From assembly GCA_964614535.1 (NCBI GenBank), contig CAZTOZ010000023.1, positions 81,552-145,551 of the forward strand: a stretch of DNA of 64,000 nucleotides, in the 5' to 3' direction. The notes under the pieces were generated by a model, which saw only the letters and a program-made list of their open reading frames with translations, searched no databases and was not told the DNA's origin. The DNA comes from an uncultured Thiotrichales bacterium. Lineage in GTDB: Bacteria > Pseudomonadota > Gammaproteobacteria > UWMA-0217. Every line of letters begins with the position of its first letter. The first letter of the stretch is position 1. A program made the translations under genes and the position numbers. This document shows positions 20,125 through 29,119 of this stretch, one piece after another.

Positions 20125-20547
20125 GTGAGCATACGCCCGCCGACGCTGAAACTGCGCCCGTCGCGGGCGATGGGCGTGTGGCGCATCGCCACCCATCTGC
20201 TGGCGGCGGCCGCCATCGCGCTGGCGAGGCTGCCAACACCGCTGGCCGCCATGCTGCTGCTGGTCGTCGCCGCCAGTCTGTGGCTCGGGTTGCGGCGTGA
20301 GCAGCGGCGCGGACGCTGGGTATTGACGCCGTTGACCGCGGACGACTGGCATCTGCGTTACCACGACCGGGAGGAGCGCGGCAGGGTGTGCGGGGGACGG
20401 GTCTTCCGCCACCTGGTGACGCTCCGTTTCCGCGTCGAGGGAAGGCGGTGGCCGCGCACCATCGCCATTGCCGCCGACGCCGTTCCGGCCGACGTCCATC
20501 GCCGTCTGCGTGCCTGGCTCAACCTGCGGGAGGGGGATCGCCAATGA
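20125..20547 (+). CDS. ygfX: YgfX/CptA-like inner-membrane protein
   Basis: Two TM helices followed by a basic Arg/Trp-rich tail. The N-terminal pattern LRPSRAMGVWRIATHLL parallels E. coli YgfX LRVSWRAQWLSLLIHGL. The start is uncertain: GTG at 20125 or ATG at 20170. Confidence 0.5.
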   Translation: MSIRPPTLKLRPSRAMGVWRIATHLLAAAAIALARLPTPLAAMLLLVVAASLWLGLRREQRRGRWVLTPLTADDWHLRYHDREERGRVCGGRVFRHLVTLRFRVEGRRWPRTIAIAADAVPADVHRRLRAWLNLREGDRQ

Positions 20548-21998
20548 AACGCTGGATCGACCATCTGCTCGAGACCGATCCCGAACAACGGCTGACGAGC
20601 TGGCTGTTCCTGCGCCTGCTCGCCATCGTCTACTTCGTCGCCTTCGCCTCGCTGTCGGTGCAGATCGTCGGGCTGGTCGGGCCGGACGGCATCCTGCCCT
20701 TCACCGAAGCGGCCAGGGTGGGCTACGAACGCTTCGGTCACGACGCCTGGTGGATGTTCCCGACGCTGTTCTGGATCGACGCCAGCGATGCCGCGCTGCA
20801 TGGCGCCACCTTCGCCGGGATGCTGCTGTCGCTGTCGCTGCTGTTCGGCTTCTATCCGCGCTTCTGCCTGACGCTGATGTTCGTGCTCTACCTGTCACTG
20901 CTGACGGCGGGGCAGACGTTTCTCACTTTCCAGTGGGACATCCTGCTGCTCGAGACGGGGTTCTTCGCCATCTTTCTCGCCGCCAACCCGAGCCGGCTGG
21001 TGATCTTCTTCTTCCACTGGCTGCTGTTCCGGCTGCGTTTCCTCTCCGGCCTGTCGAAAATCCTCAGCGGGGATCCGGTCTGGGCCAATCTGACGACACT
21101 CGACTACTACTTCGAGACCCAGCCGCTGCCCCATATCGGCTCCTGGTATGCGCACCATCTGCCAGAGGCGGTGCACCGTTTCGGTACCGGCTTCACGCTG
21201 TTCGCCGAGTTGATCGTGCCGTTCTTCATCTTCATGCCGCGGCCGTTCCGTATCGTCGCGGCGATCGTCACCACGCTGCTGCAGCTGGTCATCATCGCCA
21301 CCAGCAACCACAACTGGATCAACATCCTGACCATCGTGCTCTGCCTCTTTCTGCTCGACGACCGCATCGTCGGCCGACTGATGCCGAAGAACCTCGTGCG
21401 TTCGATTCTTGCCGCGACGCCACGCGTCGACCGGCGCTGGGGCGGCGCCCTGCTGCTGGGTGGGCTGCTGGTCTTCTCCACCAGCCTGCTGTCGATCCAT
21501 GCCCGCGTCATCGGCCAGATACCGCCGCCGTCGGTTGCTTTCGTCGCCGACGTGGTGCGTCACTACGGACTCGGCCATGTCTATCACGTCTTCCCGACGA
21601 TGCAGACCGAACGCCAGGAGCTGGAGATCGTCGGCTCCAACGACGGCAAGCGATGGCTGGCATACCGCTTTCGTTACAAGCCGGGGCCGCTCGATCGGCC
21701 ACCCCGGTTCAACGTGCCGCACCAGCCACGGCTCGACTGGCAGATGTGGTTTCTGCCACCGCAGTTCCCCGATCAGCTGGAGTGGTTCGACCGCTTCATG
21801 GGCAAAATCGCCGCCGGCGAGAAAAAGGTGCTGGCGCTGCTCGATGAAAACCCCTTCCCGGACCGGCCGCCAAGATATCTGCGTGTCCGCGTCTGGCGCT
21901 ACCACTTCACCACGCCGGAAGAACGGCGCCGCACCGGACAGTGGTGGAAGCGGGAGTTCCTCGGCTACTTTCCCCATACGCCGCCACGCCGGCCGTAG
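20544..21998 (+). CDS. lipase maturation factor (LMF1-like, DUF1222) family membrane protein
   Basis: Polytopic membrane protein with LMF family-wide similarity (LSGLSKILSGDPVWANLTTLDYYFETQPLP). Its ATG overlaps the ygfX stop in an ATGA arrangement. Confidence 0.8.
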   Translation: MKRWIDHLLETDPEQRLTSWLFLRLLAIVYFVAFASLSVQIVGLVGPDGILPFTEAARVGYERFGHDAWWMFPTLFWIDASDAALHGATFAGMLLSLSLLFGFYPRFCLTLMFVLYLSLLTAGQTFLTFQWDILLLETGFFAIFLAANPSRLVIFFFHWLLFRLRFLSGLSKILSGDPVWANLTTLDYYFETQPLPHIGSWYAHHLPEAVHRFGTGFTLFAELIVPFFIFMPRPFRIVAAIVTTLLQLVIIATSNHNWINILTIVLCLFLLDDRIVGRLMPKNLVRSILAATPRVDRRWGGALLLGGLLVFSTSLLSIHARVIGQIPPPSVAFVADVVRHYGLGHVYHVFPTMQTERQELEIVGSNDGKRWLAYRFRYKPGPLDRPPRFNVPHQPRLDWQMWFLPPQFPDQLEWFDRFMGKIAAGEKKVLALLDENPFPDRPPRYLRVRVWRYHFTTPEERRRTGQWWKREFLGYFPHTPPRRP

Positions 21999-22043
21999 CC
22001 GTCGGCACCTTGAAATCGCCGCCCTCAACCGCAGCTTTTCGAT

Positions 22044-22916
22044 ATGGGCGAGCAACGGCGAGACAGCAATCTCCTTGATGATCCGCTCTGGGTCGAACAG
22101 GTGGGTGATGGACCGGTGGTGGCCACCGCGATCCATGCCGGGCACGAAGTGCGGCGTGATCTGTTGCCACTGCTGGCGATCGACGAATCGACCCGGGCGC
22201 GGGAGGAAGATCCCTATACCGACGCGCTGGTCAAGGTGGTGCCGTCCTGGATTGCGTTCAAACGTTCCCGCTTCGAGGTGGATCTCAACCGGCCGAAGAA
22301 CGAAGCGGTCTATCTCTCGCCGGAGATGGCCTGGGGGTTGCACGTCTGGAAAAAACCGCTCGATGAAACCGAGATCGAACGCTCGCTGGAGGAGTACGAC
22401 GCCTTCTATGACGAACTCTATCGACTGCTGAAGAAGATCGAACGGCGGTATGGCTGTTTCGTCGTCTTCGACCTGCACAGCTACAACCATCGCCGCCGGG
22501 GACCACATGCGCCACCGGAGGATCCCGCTGGCAATCCCGATGTCAATGTGGGCACCGGTTCACTGGATCACAAGCGTTGTGGTGCGGTGGTAAGGCGGTT
22601 CATCGAGGATCTGCGCAACTACGATTTTCTCGGTCACCATCTCGATGTGCGGGAGAACGTCAAGTTCAAGGGGCGTCAGCTGGCCGAATGGATCCACCGG
22701 AAATTCCCCGATACGGCCTGTGTCCTGGCCATCGAATTCAAGAAATTCTTCATGGACGAGTGGACCGGTGTGGCCGACATCGATCAGGTGGTGGAGATTC
22801 GCAAGGCGCTGCAGGCAACGCTGCCCGGCATCGTCGAGACCCTGCACCGGATCCCGCAGTGCCAGAAAAAACGGCATGAGACGCCCCCCGGGAGCAGCGG
22901 CGATGCAGCGCGTTGA
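22044..22916 (+). CDS. N-formylglutamate amidohydrolase (FGase) family protein
   Basis: FGase-family similarity (VATAIHAGHEVR...DLHSY). The first gene of a conserved triad. Confidence 0.8.
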   Translation: MGEQRRDSNLLDDPLWVEQVGDGPVVATAIHAGHEVRRDLLPLLAIDESTRAREEDPYTDALVKVVPSWIAFKRSRFEVDLNRPKNEAVYLSPEMAWGLHVWKKPLDETEIERSLEEYDAFYDELYRLLKKIERRYGCFVVFDLHSYNHRRRGPHAPPEDPAGNPDVNVGTGSLDHKRCGAVVRRFIEDLRNYDFLGHHLDVRENVKFKGRQLAEWIHRKFPDTACVLAIEFKKFFMDEWTGVADIDQVVEIRKALQATLPGIVETLHRIPQCQKKRHETPPGSSGDAAR

Positions 22917-24744
22917 TGCACTGGCCGACCGGGTCATCGAAACGCTCGACAATGGCGAGCCGGTGGATCTTGCCTTGCCCGGTGGTGGCCGGCTGCACAT
23001 CGACCGTCCCCTGCCTTTTCTCTGCATCCACCGTAATGAAGAGGGTGCCGCCGACGACGTCACGGCCGCGCTGGTGGCTACCCAGTCGGCCTGGATGGTG
23101 GTGCCGGCGCCAGCAGCGCCCGAGGCATTGCTGAGTGCGCTGGCGGACTACCAACAGGCGCGGTTTGGCGCCTGCCTGTTGCTGGAGCTGTGGGCTGCCC
23201 CGCACGATGACGAGCAGTTGCCCGATCACGCCTTTTGCATCGTTGCGCCACAACGGCATCCGCCCCGGGAGGTGATCGACGAGCTGGAGAGTGCCCTCGT
23301 CAAGGTGACGATTCATCGCCGTACCCCCCGTATCGAGGTGGCCTACCGGCAGCGAGTGTCGCCCCCGGGATTGCCGCCATTGCCGGCAGGCGGGCCATGT
23401 CGGCGGCTCGGACTGGAGGTGAGTCCAGTCTATCGGGATCCCGAAAGCGGCGAGGTCTTCACCTTTGCGATGCGCGTTTTCCGGCAACGGCTCAATACGG
23501 CGCTCAAGCGCGCTTTCTACCGTTTTTCTCAGTGCTGCACACGGCATCGGCCCGCCCATTTCCATGCCCTCGGGCCGCGCTCGATCACGCCGGCGGTCAA
23601 GGCGGTCGATGCCCGGCTTGCCGAGATCAGCGAACGATTCGATCTGTTGCTGCACGTCACCCCGGTCAATGTGGCGCAGGCCTGGGCGGCATTCCAGGCG
23701 AGCCGCTTCGAGCAGGCCCCTGAATTTCTCTACCGCCCACGCACCATCGATCCCGACAGGATGAAACGGGCCCTCTACCAGATCGAGATGGAGAGCATCG
23801 AGGATCCCACGCTGGCCGATATCTTCCGTGCCAAGCGTGATGAACTGGATCGTCAGATCACGCTGGTGGCAGACCGCAATACTCCCCGCTTTCTGCTCGG
23901 CAGCCGGCAACTGTTCCCCGACCCCTCGACGGGGTTGATCGAACAGGCGCGACGGATTCTCGAGATGCCGCCCGCCAGCGAGCCGGAAGGGGGGGACGAG
24001 CGGCTCGACGCCAACGCTTTCGCCGCCCTGGCCGAAGCCGAGATGGCCCGGTACCGGGCTCGCGATCCCGACTTCGCCAGCCGGGTGGAGGTACGCGACG
24101 ATATCGCCGGTATCATGGTCTCCCACGGTAATTTTCTGATCGGTGCCCAGGCGACGGTGGCCCGCGCCAGGGTCGATGCCGCACTCGCCCACGAAATCGG
24201 GACCCATGTGCTGACCTGGCACAACGGCGGCAAGCAGCCGCTGCGGGAGTTGCGTAGCGGCATGGCCGACTATGAGGGGCTGCAGGAAGGGCTGGCGGTG
24301 TTGTCGGAGTTTCTCGTCGGTCAGCTCGATCGTGGCAGGATGCGGCAACTGGCAGCCCGGGTGCTCGCGGTGCAGATGATCTGTGCGGGCGCCAGCTTCA
24401 TCGATGCCTTTCGCCAGCTGCATCGGGGCTGGCAGTTTACGGCCAGGGATGCCTTCATGATCACCATGCGGGTCTGGCGGGGCGGGGGATATACCAAGGA
24501 TGTGATCTATCTGCGCGGGCTGGCGGATTTGCTCGACCATCTCGGCCGTGGGGGGGCGCTCGAGAACCTCTGGCTCGGCAAACTGGCGCAGCAGCGCCTG
24601 TCGCTGATCGATGAGCTGCGCTGGCGCGGGATCCTCCGGCCGCCGGCGCTGATACCCGCTTTCCTCGACGATCCGCGAACCGCCTCGCGTATCCGGCGTC
24701 TCGCAAAAGGGCTGTTGGTCAGTGATTTGTTGCCTGCGCAATGA
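22903..24744 (+). CDS. flavohemoglobin-expression-modulating QEGLA-motif protein (DUF1704, putative Tyr/Phe-carboxypeptidase-like)
   Basis: Contains the diagnostic EGLQEGLA motif and HEIGTHV (HExxH-like). Starts at an ATG with a GGAG ribosome-binding site 8 nt upstream, overlapping the FGase-gene end by 14 nt in another frame. Confidence 0.85.
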   Translation: MQRVDALADRVIETLDNGEPVDLALPGGGRLHIDRPLPFLCIHRNEEGAADDVTAALVATQSAWMVVPAPAAPEALLSALADYQQARFGACLLLELWAAPHDDEQLPDHAFCIVAPQRHPPREVIDELESALVKVTIHRRTPRIEVAYRQRVSPPGLPPLPAGGPCRRLGLEVSPVYRDPESGEVFTFAMRVFRQRLNTALKRAFYRFSQCCTRHRPAHFHALGPRSITPAVKAVDARLAEISERFDLLLHVTPVNVAQAWAAFQASRFEQAPEFLYRPRTIDPDRMKRALYQIEMESIEDPTLADIFRAKRDELDRQITLVADRNTPRFLLGSRQLFPDPSTGLIEQARRILEMPPASEPEGGDERLDANAFAALAEAEMARYRARDPDFASRVEVRDDIAGIMVSHGNFLIGAQATVARARVDAALAHEIGTHVLTWHNGGKQPLRELRSGMADYEGLQEGLAVLSEFLVGQLDRGRMRQLAARVLAVQMICAGASFIDAFRQLHRGWQFTARDAFMITMRVWRGGGYTKDVIYLRGLADLLDHLGRGGALENLWLGKLAQQRLSLIDELRWRGILRPPALIPAFLDDPRTASRIRRLAKGLLVSDLLPAQ

Positions 24745-24781
24745 CCGCCCGCATCAGCGGGCTTGAAACGGAGAAAGCACC

Positions 24782-25846
24782 ATGCGGATCGGCATCATCG
24801 TCAACAGCCTGTTCACCGAGAAGGCGAGCTACACCACCACGTCGCTCGCAATGACCGCGGCCAATCTGGGACACGAGGTGTGGTACATCGACGTGGACGC
24901 CTTCGCCCTGCGGCCGGACGACCACAGCTGGGCCCACGCCTGGCCGGTGCCGGCCGAACGCCACCGCAAACCCGCGACGTTCCTTGCGGCGATGTGGCGG
25001 CAGGCGCCGGGAACACGGCGTGAGATCGACCTGCATGCGCTGGACGTGCTGATGCCACGCAACGACCCCAGCCAGGACGCCATCAGCCGTCCCTGGGCAC
25101 GCACGGCCGCCATCAACTTCACCCGTCTGGCGCGGCGTGCCGGCGTATTGGTGCTCAACGACCCCGACGGGCTCGACCTTGGCCTGACGAAACTCTATAT
25201 GGAGTATTTCCCCGAGTCGGTACGGCCCCGGACACTGGTGACGCGAGACAAGGACGAGGCAAAGGATTTCATTGCCGGGCAGGGGGGGTATGCCGTACTC
25301 AAGCCGCTGGCCGGCTCGGGCGGGCAGAGCGTTTTTCTGGTGCGCCCCCACGACACGCCCAATATCAACCAGATGCTCGATGCGGTGGCACGGGACAACT
25401 ACTTCATCGTCCAGGAATATCTGCGCGATGCCATCCATGGCGACACCCGCCTCTTCCTGCTCAATGGCGAGCCGTTTCAGGTCGAGGGGCGCTATGCCGC
25501 ACTGCATCGCCGCCGTCGCAGTGGCGATGCCGACATGCGCAGCAACCTCACCGCTGGTGCCGAGGCCGCCCCTGCCAAGGTGGATGCCGGCATGCTTGGG
25601 CTGGCCCGACAGACCAGTGAGCGTCTCAAGGAAGATGGCATTTTCCTTGCCGGTCTCGATATCGTTGGCGACAAGATCATGGAGATCAATGTCCAGACAC
25701 CCGGCGGCCTGCCAGCGGCCGAGAAGTTCGAGGGCGTGCCATTCACGACGGCGTTGCTCGAAGCGATCGAACGCAAACTGCCCTATCGGGGAAAACTGGA
25801 GAACAAAGCGCTGGCGGTATTCGATCCGCTCGTCCAGGCACCGTGA
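24782..25846 (+). CDS. GshB/RimK-like ATP-grasp ligase (alpha-L-glutamate-ligase-related)
   Basis: ATP-grasp motifs (GYAVLKPLAGSGGQSVFLV, EINVQTPGG). GGAG ribosome-binding site upstream. Confidence 0.85.
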   Translation: MRIGIIVNSLFTEKASYTTTSLAMTAANLGHEVWYIDVDAFALRPDDHSWAHAWPVPAERHRKPATFLAAMWRQAPGTRREIDLHALDVLMPRNDPSQDAISRPWARTAAINFTRLARRAGVLVLNDPDGLDLGLTKLYMEYFPESVRPRTLVTRDKDEAKDFIAGQGGYAVLKPLAGSGGQSVFLVRPHDTPNINQMLDAVARDNYFIVQEYLRDAIHGDTRLFLLNGEPFQVEGRYAALHRRRRSGDADMRSNLTAGAEAAPAKVDAGMLGLARQTSERLKEDGIFLAGLDIVGDKIMEINVQTPGGLPAAEKFEGVPFTTALLEAIERKLPYRGKLENKALAVFDPLVQAP

Positions 25847-25871
25847 GCAGGACGGGCCGGCGACCCCGCGA

Positions 25872-26495
25872 TCATCGCCGACCGGCCAGCGGCAGCGGGG
25901 CGCTGAAATGGCGTCCCCGGCATTTGATGATGTCGACCCTGTCCGGTGGCAGCAGCCGCAGCCGTAGCGCGGCGGGGGAGTGTTGTCGGCGGGCATCGGC
26001 GTGACGCAACAGAAAACCGCAGGCGTCGCCGGCCTCGGCCGCCAGTTGCAGGCGTCGCAGGGCCTTGGTGGTGATGGCGGGGGCGGGCCAGGCAAGCACG
26101 GCCCGGCAATGGCCGGCGCGCAGCGTCTGCTCCAGTGCCCACTCGTCGTCGCCCCGGTTGCGCGGTGCAATCACGACGAGCCGGGTGAGATCGACACCGG
26201 CTTGTTGTAATGCGGGTGCGTAGGGCGGCCAGGGCGGGGCCACGAGGGCGACATGGTGGCGCTGTCGTGTCAGCCGGCGCAGGGCCGGCAGCAGCAGTTG
26301 CCACTCCCCCTGGCCGGGATGGTCGTGGAGGATCTCGGTCAGCGCGCCCCGCGGCCAACCCCCGTCGGGGAGTCGGGCATCGAGGTTGGGATGGCCGCTG
26401 GGCAGACCGTTGGCGCTGCCGGGGCGGGCCTGGTGAAAATCATGGTCGCGGCCACGCCAGATACCGGGCTGGCGAAGCAGCTCATGCAGGCTCAT
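25872..26495 (-). CDS. imuA: SOS-regulated ImuA/SulA-like protein
   Basis: RecA-fold-like motifs typical of the ImuA/SulA superfamily (GALTEIL...GQGEWQLLLPALRRL). The start overlaps the lexA 3' end by 14 nt. Confidence 0.6.
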   Translation of the reverse strand: MSLHELLRQPGIWRGRDHDFHQARPGSANGLPSGHPNLDARLPDGGWPRGALTEILHDHPGQGEWQLLLPALRRLTRQRHHVALVAPPWPPYAPALQQAGVDLTRLVVIAPRNRGDDEWALEQTLRAGHCRAVLAWPAPAITTKALRRLQLAAEAGDACGFLLRHADARRQHSPAALRLRLLPPDRVDIIKCRGRHFSAPLPLAGRR

Positions 26496-27096
26496 TGCGG
26501 ATGACGCCGACGACGATCCCTTCGATGCCGAAATCGATATTGGCCGCGCTGACGATGATCGGCTTGTAGGCCGGATTCTCCGGTAGCAGACGGATCTGCT
26601 TGGGCGTGATGCGAAGCCGCTTGACGGTGACCTCGCCATCGATACGGGCGACGACGATCTGGCCGTGCTCGGCATGCGCCGTCTTGTGGATCGCCAGCAG
26701 ATCGCCGTCGAAGATGCCGGCGTCGATCATGCTGTCGCCGTGGACACGCAGCAGATAGTCGGCCGGCGGCTGGAACAGCCGCGGATCCACCTCGTAGTAG
26801 TCCTCGATGAACTCCGCGGCGAGGATCGGCTCGCCCGCCGCCACCCGGCCGACCATCGGCAAGCCGGTGGGCTCGGACGCTTCCCCTTCGATCAGGCGGA
26901 TACCGCGGGAGGTGCCGGACAGCAGCTCGATCACCCCTTTCTTCTCCAGCGCCTGGAGGTGTTTTTCCGCCGCATAGGTGGAGCGGAAACCGAAATGGTC
27001 GGCGATCTCGGCCCGGGTGGGGGGCATGCCGGTCTTCTTCTGGTGACGGCGGATCAGACGGAGGATTTCACGCTGGCGGGGGGTCAGGGATCGCAT
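26482..27096 (-). CDS. lexA: LexA repressor
   Basis: Full-length LexA. N-terminal winged HTH, cleavage site VAAGEP, and S24 peptidase Ser/Lys motifs (GDSM...VKRL). Confidence 0.95.
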   Translation of the reverse strand: MRSLTPRQREILRLIRRHQKKTGMPPTRAEIADHFGFRSTYAAEKHLQALEKKGVIELLSGTSRGIRLIEGEASEPTGLPMVGRVAAGEPILAAEFIEDYYEVDPRLFQPPADYLLRVHGDSMIDAGIFDGDLLAIHKTAHAEHGQIVVARIDGEVTVKRLRITPKQIRLLPENPAYKPIIVSAANIDFGIEGIVVGVIRNEPA

Positions 27097-27454
27097 GCTG
27101 TCTTCCTGTCGTGTTCTGTCGGGGTGCTCATTTTGTCACCTCTATGGAAACGATGCAATTCTCCCCTGTTCCACCACGGGCGCGGATGGGCGGTCTCTTC
27201 CGGCATCCTGCTATACTCCGGACAGCGCACGGCCCCTGCCGGGCATGTTGCCGGCAACGTTCCGCCGGGTTGCGGCAGCCGTTTTCGATGGCGTGTTGCA
27301 TCGGGTATCCGACGACGCTCGATCACCCTTGCCGGGAGAAGATTCGGTAACCCGTGAAAATCGATAGGGCGACCAATACCGCCGCTGCATCGGGAACCCG
27401 GATCCACGTCCGTGGTCCAATGCGCGAAACCGCTTTTTGGGGGCAACAACGACG

Positions 27455-28345
27455 ATGAGCAGACTTCCCGCCGCCACGCTGGCGCTACTGATGATCCTGA
27501 TCGTGACCATGGTGCTGACCATCAACACGGTCGAGCGGGTGCGTGATTTCGAGAAGACCCAGTACGAGATCCAGGAGACGGTGGTCAATGGCGCGGCCTA
27601 CGCGGCGGCCAAGCACATTCTGCAGACCAAGAAGATGGTGGCACTGTTCGCCGACGAGTACCGCGACATGATCACCCGTCTGGCCATCTATCCCCAGGAC
27701 GAATACACCCTGTCCGCGCTGCGCCAGCGCCTCCACGAGCGTTTCGACAACGTCTTCGCCTTCACCATCGCCACGCCGGAGGGGCTGCCGGTGCTCTCCG
27801 ACATCGAGACGAAAGTGGGGGCGGTCTGTCAGCGTGATCTGACCGAATTTTCCGAGCGGGTGGCCAAAGGGCAGTCGCTGCGAAACAACAACCGCCTGGT
27901 CATCCATCCCAATCCAGTGGGTTATCACTACGACGTGATGGTGCCATTCGACGTCGGCGGGGTGGCACGGATCTTTTTCGTCAGCTTCTACCCGACCCAT
28001 CTGGCCGAGATCGCCGCCACCCACGCACCGCCCGGCCACAAGCTCTATTTCCTCCACATCGACAAACCGGGACTCATCGAGATCGGTGCCGAAGGCGCGC
28101 GGGACGTACTGGGGCGTGATATCCACCTCACCGAGGAGGAGCAGCGGCTGGCCAAGGCGATGAAACCGATTCTCGGCAGCAAATGGATGCTGGTCGATGT
28201 CCCCGATTCCTCCCTGGTGGCGGAGTACAAGCGCCGTCTCTGGACCGAGGTGGGGATCATCATTGCCTTCGTCGCCCTGATCAGCCTGATCATGATGATG
28301 TACATGGTCCGGCTCTGCCGTCAGTGTGACCGCCGTTGTCAATAG
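27455..28345 (+). CDS. membrane protein with periplasmic sensor-like domain and no output domain
   Basis: N-terminal TM (LALLMILIVTMVLTI), a ~240-aa extracytoplasmic domain, a second TM (VGIIIAFVALISLIMMMYMV), and a short Cys-rich tail CRQCDRRCQ. Divergent from lexA. Confidence 0.55.
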   Translation: MSRLPAATLALLMILIVTMVLTINTVERVRDFEKTQYEIQETVVNGAAYAAAKHILQTKKMVALFADEYRDMITRLAIYPQDEYTLSALRQRLHERFDNVFAFTIATPEGLPVLSDIETKVGAVCQRDLTEFSERVAKGQSLRNNNRLVIHPNPVGYHYDVMVPFDVGGVARIFFVSFYPTHLAEIAATHAPPGHKLYFLHIDKPGLIEIGAEGARDVLGRDIHLTEEEQRLAKAMKPILGSKWMLVDVPDSSLVAEYKRRLWTEVGIIIAFVALISLIMMMYMVRLCRQCDRRCQ

Positions 28346-28481
28346 AGGCGGCCCCTCCGCCTTCTTCTTGCAAAGCTTCGTAAATTTCCGGTTCCAACTC
28401 GTTGAATTTCCCCGTCGATGCCCTATTTTTCGAGAGGAAAGTCCATAAACGGGGAAAATCCCGGCAGGGACGGTTCTTTAT

Positions 28482-28497
28482 TGTGATGGTTGTCACA
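28482..28497. promoter_or_regulatory. CRP/Vfr-family consensus site TGTGA-N6-TCACA
   Basis: Perfect half-sites (TGTGAtggttgTCACA) in a lower-GC intergenic stretch, ~80 nt upstream of a small ORF. Confidence 0.4.
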
Positions 28498-28577
28498 GAA
28501 AAATGTCGGAACAACAACCATCCTGATTCTCAAGGAGAGCCACCCTGCATGACAAGGTTCGATTAGAGGTGAAGAGC

Positions 28578-28673
28578 ATGGAAACCAGGAAGAGTTCCGT
28601 TGTGAAAGTGAACATGGACAGGGTATTGGGCCTGTTGCTGCTGCTGGCGGCGTTGCTGATGCTGCGGTACTGA
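28578..28673 (+). CDS. putative 31-aa hydrophobic small protein (METRKSSVVKVNMDRVLGLLLLLAALLMLRY)
   Basis: GAGGTG ribosome-binding site 6 nt upstream of the ATG. A single predicted TM helix. An intrinsic terminator follows ~60 nt downstream. Confidence 0.3.
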   Translation: METRKSSVVKVNMDRVLGLLLLLAALLMLRY

Positions 28674-28736
28674 CAGCAACGGATCCGGAACGTTTTTCAG
28701 CCTTGTCGCAGGGAAGCGACTTTTTTGTTCTCATAA

Positions 28737-28766
28737 AAGCCCGCCCCGGTGGCGGGCTTTTTCTTT
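28737..28766 (+). terminator. rho-independent terminator (GCCCGCCccggtGGCGGGC + TTTTTCTTT)
   Basis: Stem-loop plus T-tract, read directly from sequence. Confidence 0.6.
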
Positions 28767-29119
28767 GCATCGCGCCGACCGCCGCCGATCCCGTCGCGCG
28801 GGAATGGTCCTCGGCGGATCGTGCTGTCCCGGTGAGGCCGTCGTTTCACCGGATCGCTGAAAACAAGACCCAATACATTGATTTGCCGTGCGCATGGTGA
28901 GAGGTTGGCAGGGCGCATGGCGTCCCCGACACCGCCATGCGGTCTCCAAGAAATCTCAGCGGTCATTTTGTTCGATTCACCCGCGACCCTGGCGACGCCC
29001 ATGCGTTGCGGCGGGACGGGCGAATCGACGCACCGCGCTGTTGTCGACCGATTGCGGTCACATGGGGCATTACGGGTCGGGCCATGCCGATAACCCGCTG
29101 AATCAACGGGCGTTCTCCG

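Noticed and set aside
27097-27140. Runs of CTGT near the lexA start as a possible SOS box
   Set aside because: No partner ACAG at N8 spacing is present, and no CTG-N10-CAG arrangement was found. It is noted in the findings as an open question rather than annotated.
28425-28470. GAGGAAAGTCC motif resembling the RNase P RNA P4 region
   Set aside because: Only a 10-11-nt match. The flanking sequence lacks the rest of the conserved P4/P10-P12 elements, and the ~200-nt spacer is too short for RNase P RNA.
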